A stretch of 64,000 nucleotides of DNA. Origin: Octopus vulgaris (taxonomy: Eukaryota). Position 1 is the stretch's first letter; the number at the start of each line of letters is the position of its first letter. This document shows, in pieces, positions 63,833 through 64,000 of the stretch. The stretch covers positions 113,832,001 through 113,896,000 of the forward strand of contig OX597822.1 in assembly GCA_951406725.2 (NCBI GenBank), given 5' to 3'. Under the pieces are notes generated by a model. It did no database searches. It was given only the letters and a program-made list of their open reading frames with translations, and was not told the origin of the DNA. The translations under genes and the position numbers were made by a program.

Positions 63833-64000
63833 TCTCTTATTATAAAAGGCAGATTTTATCTGCCTCCCTTTGTCAGTTATAGAAATCTACAATATAGGAT
63901 TTCTTCAATTACAATTTACCTAGCATTTTTAAGAGTAGAATGCATCGGGTCGTGCCAGGTCCACTTTTTAAAATTTCAACCCCAATTAAGCAAAATTTAG
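63833..64000 (+). mobile_element. Possible 5' end of another Helitron-like element
   Basis: A|TCTCTTATTATAAAAG start followed by a GGCAGA-TTTTA-TCTGCC hairpin; truncated by the window end. Confidence 0.35.

Overview
AT-rich, repeat-dense animal genomic DNA. The SINE, RTE and microsatellite landscape looks like an octopus or other coleoid cephalopod; this is inferred from repeat recognition and not verified. Two spliced genes lie on the minus strand. (1) ABCB6/HMT-1 ABC half-transporter: eight coding exons from ATG 26297 down to 1221, in phase, 448 codons, continuing past the left edge; a probable CpG-enriched promoter near 49-51 kb would give a ~24-kb first intron. (2) The 3' six exons of LCMT2/TYW4 (kelch-repeat C-terminus; stop at 53399). 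The remainder is transposon material: tRNA-derived SINEs, RTE LINE fragments and many RTE 3'-tail copies, mariner/Tc1/Tigger relics, piggyBac-like MITEs, non-autonomous Helitrons, a Gypsy pol relic and CR1 ends. The most striking structure is a ~6.4-kb array of ~96 x 67-bp units, expanded from the 3'-UTR minisatellite of one RTE copy and carrying a 22-unit (1474-bp) higher-order duplication. Several long intronic foldback hairpins, a pre-miRNA-like hairpin at the putative ABCB6 promoter and a small repeat-spacer array are also noted. I found no convincing evidence for a new protein-coding system. Repeat boundaries are approximate.
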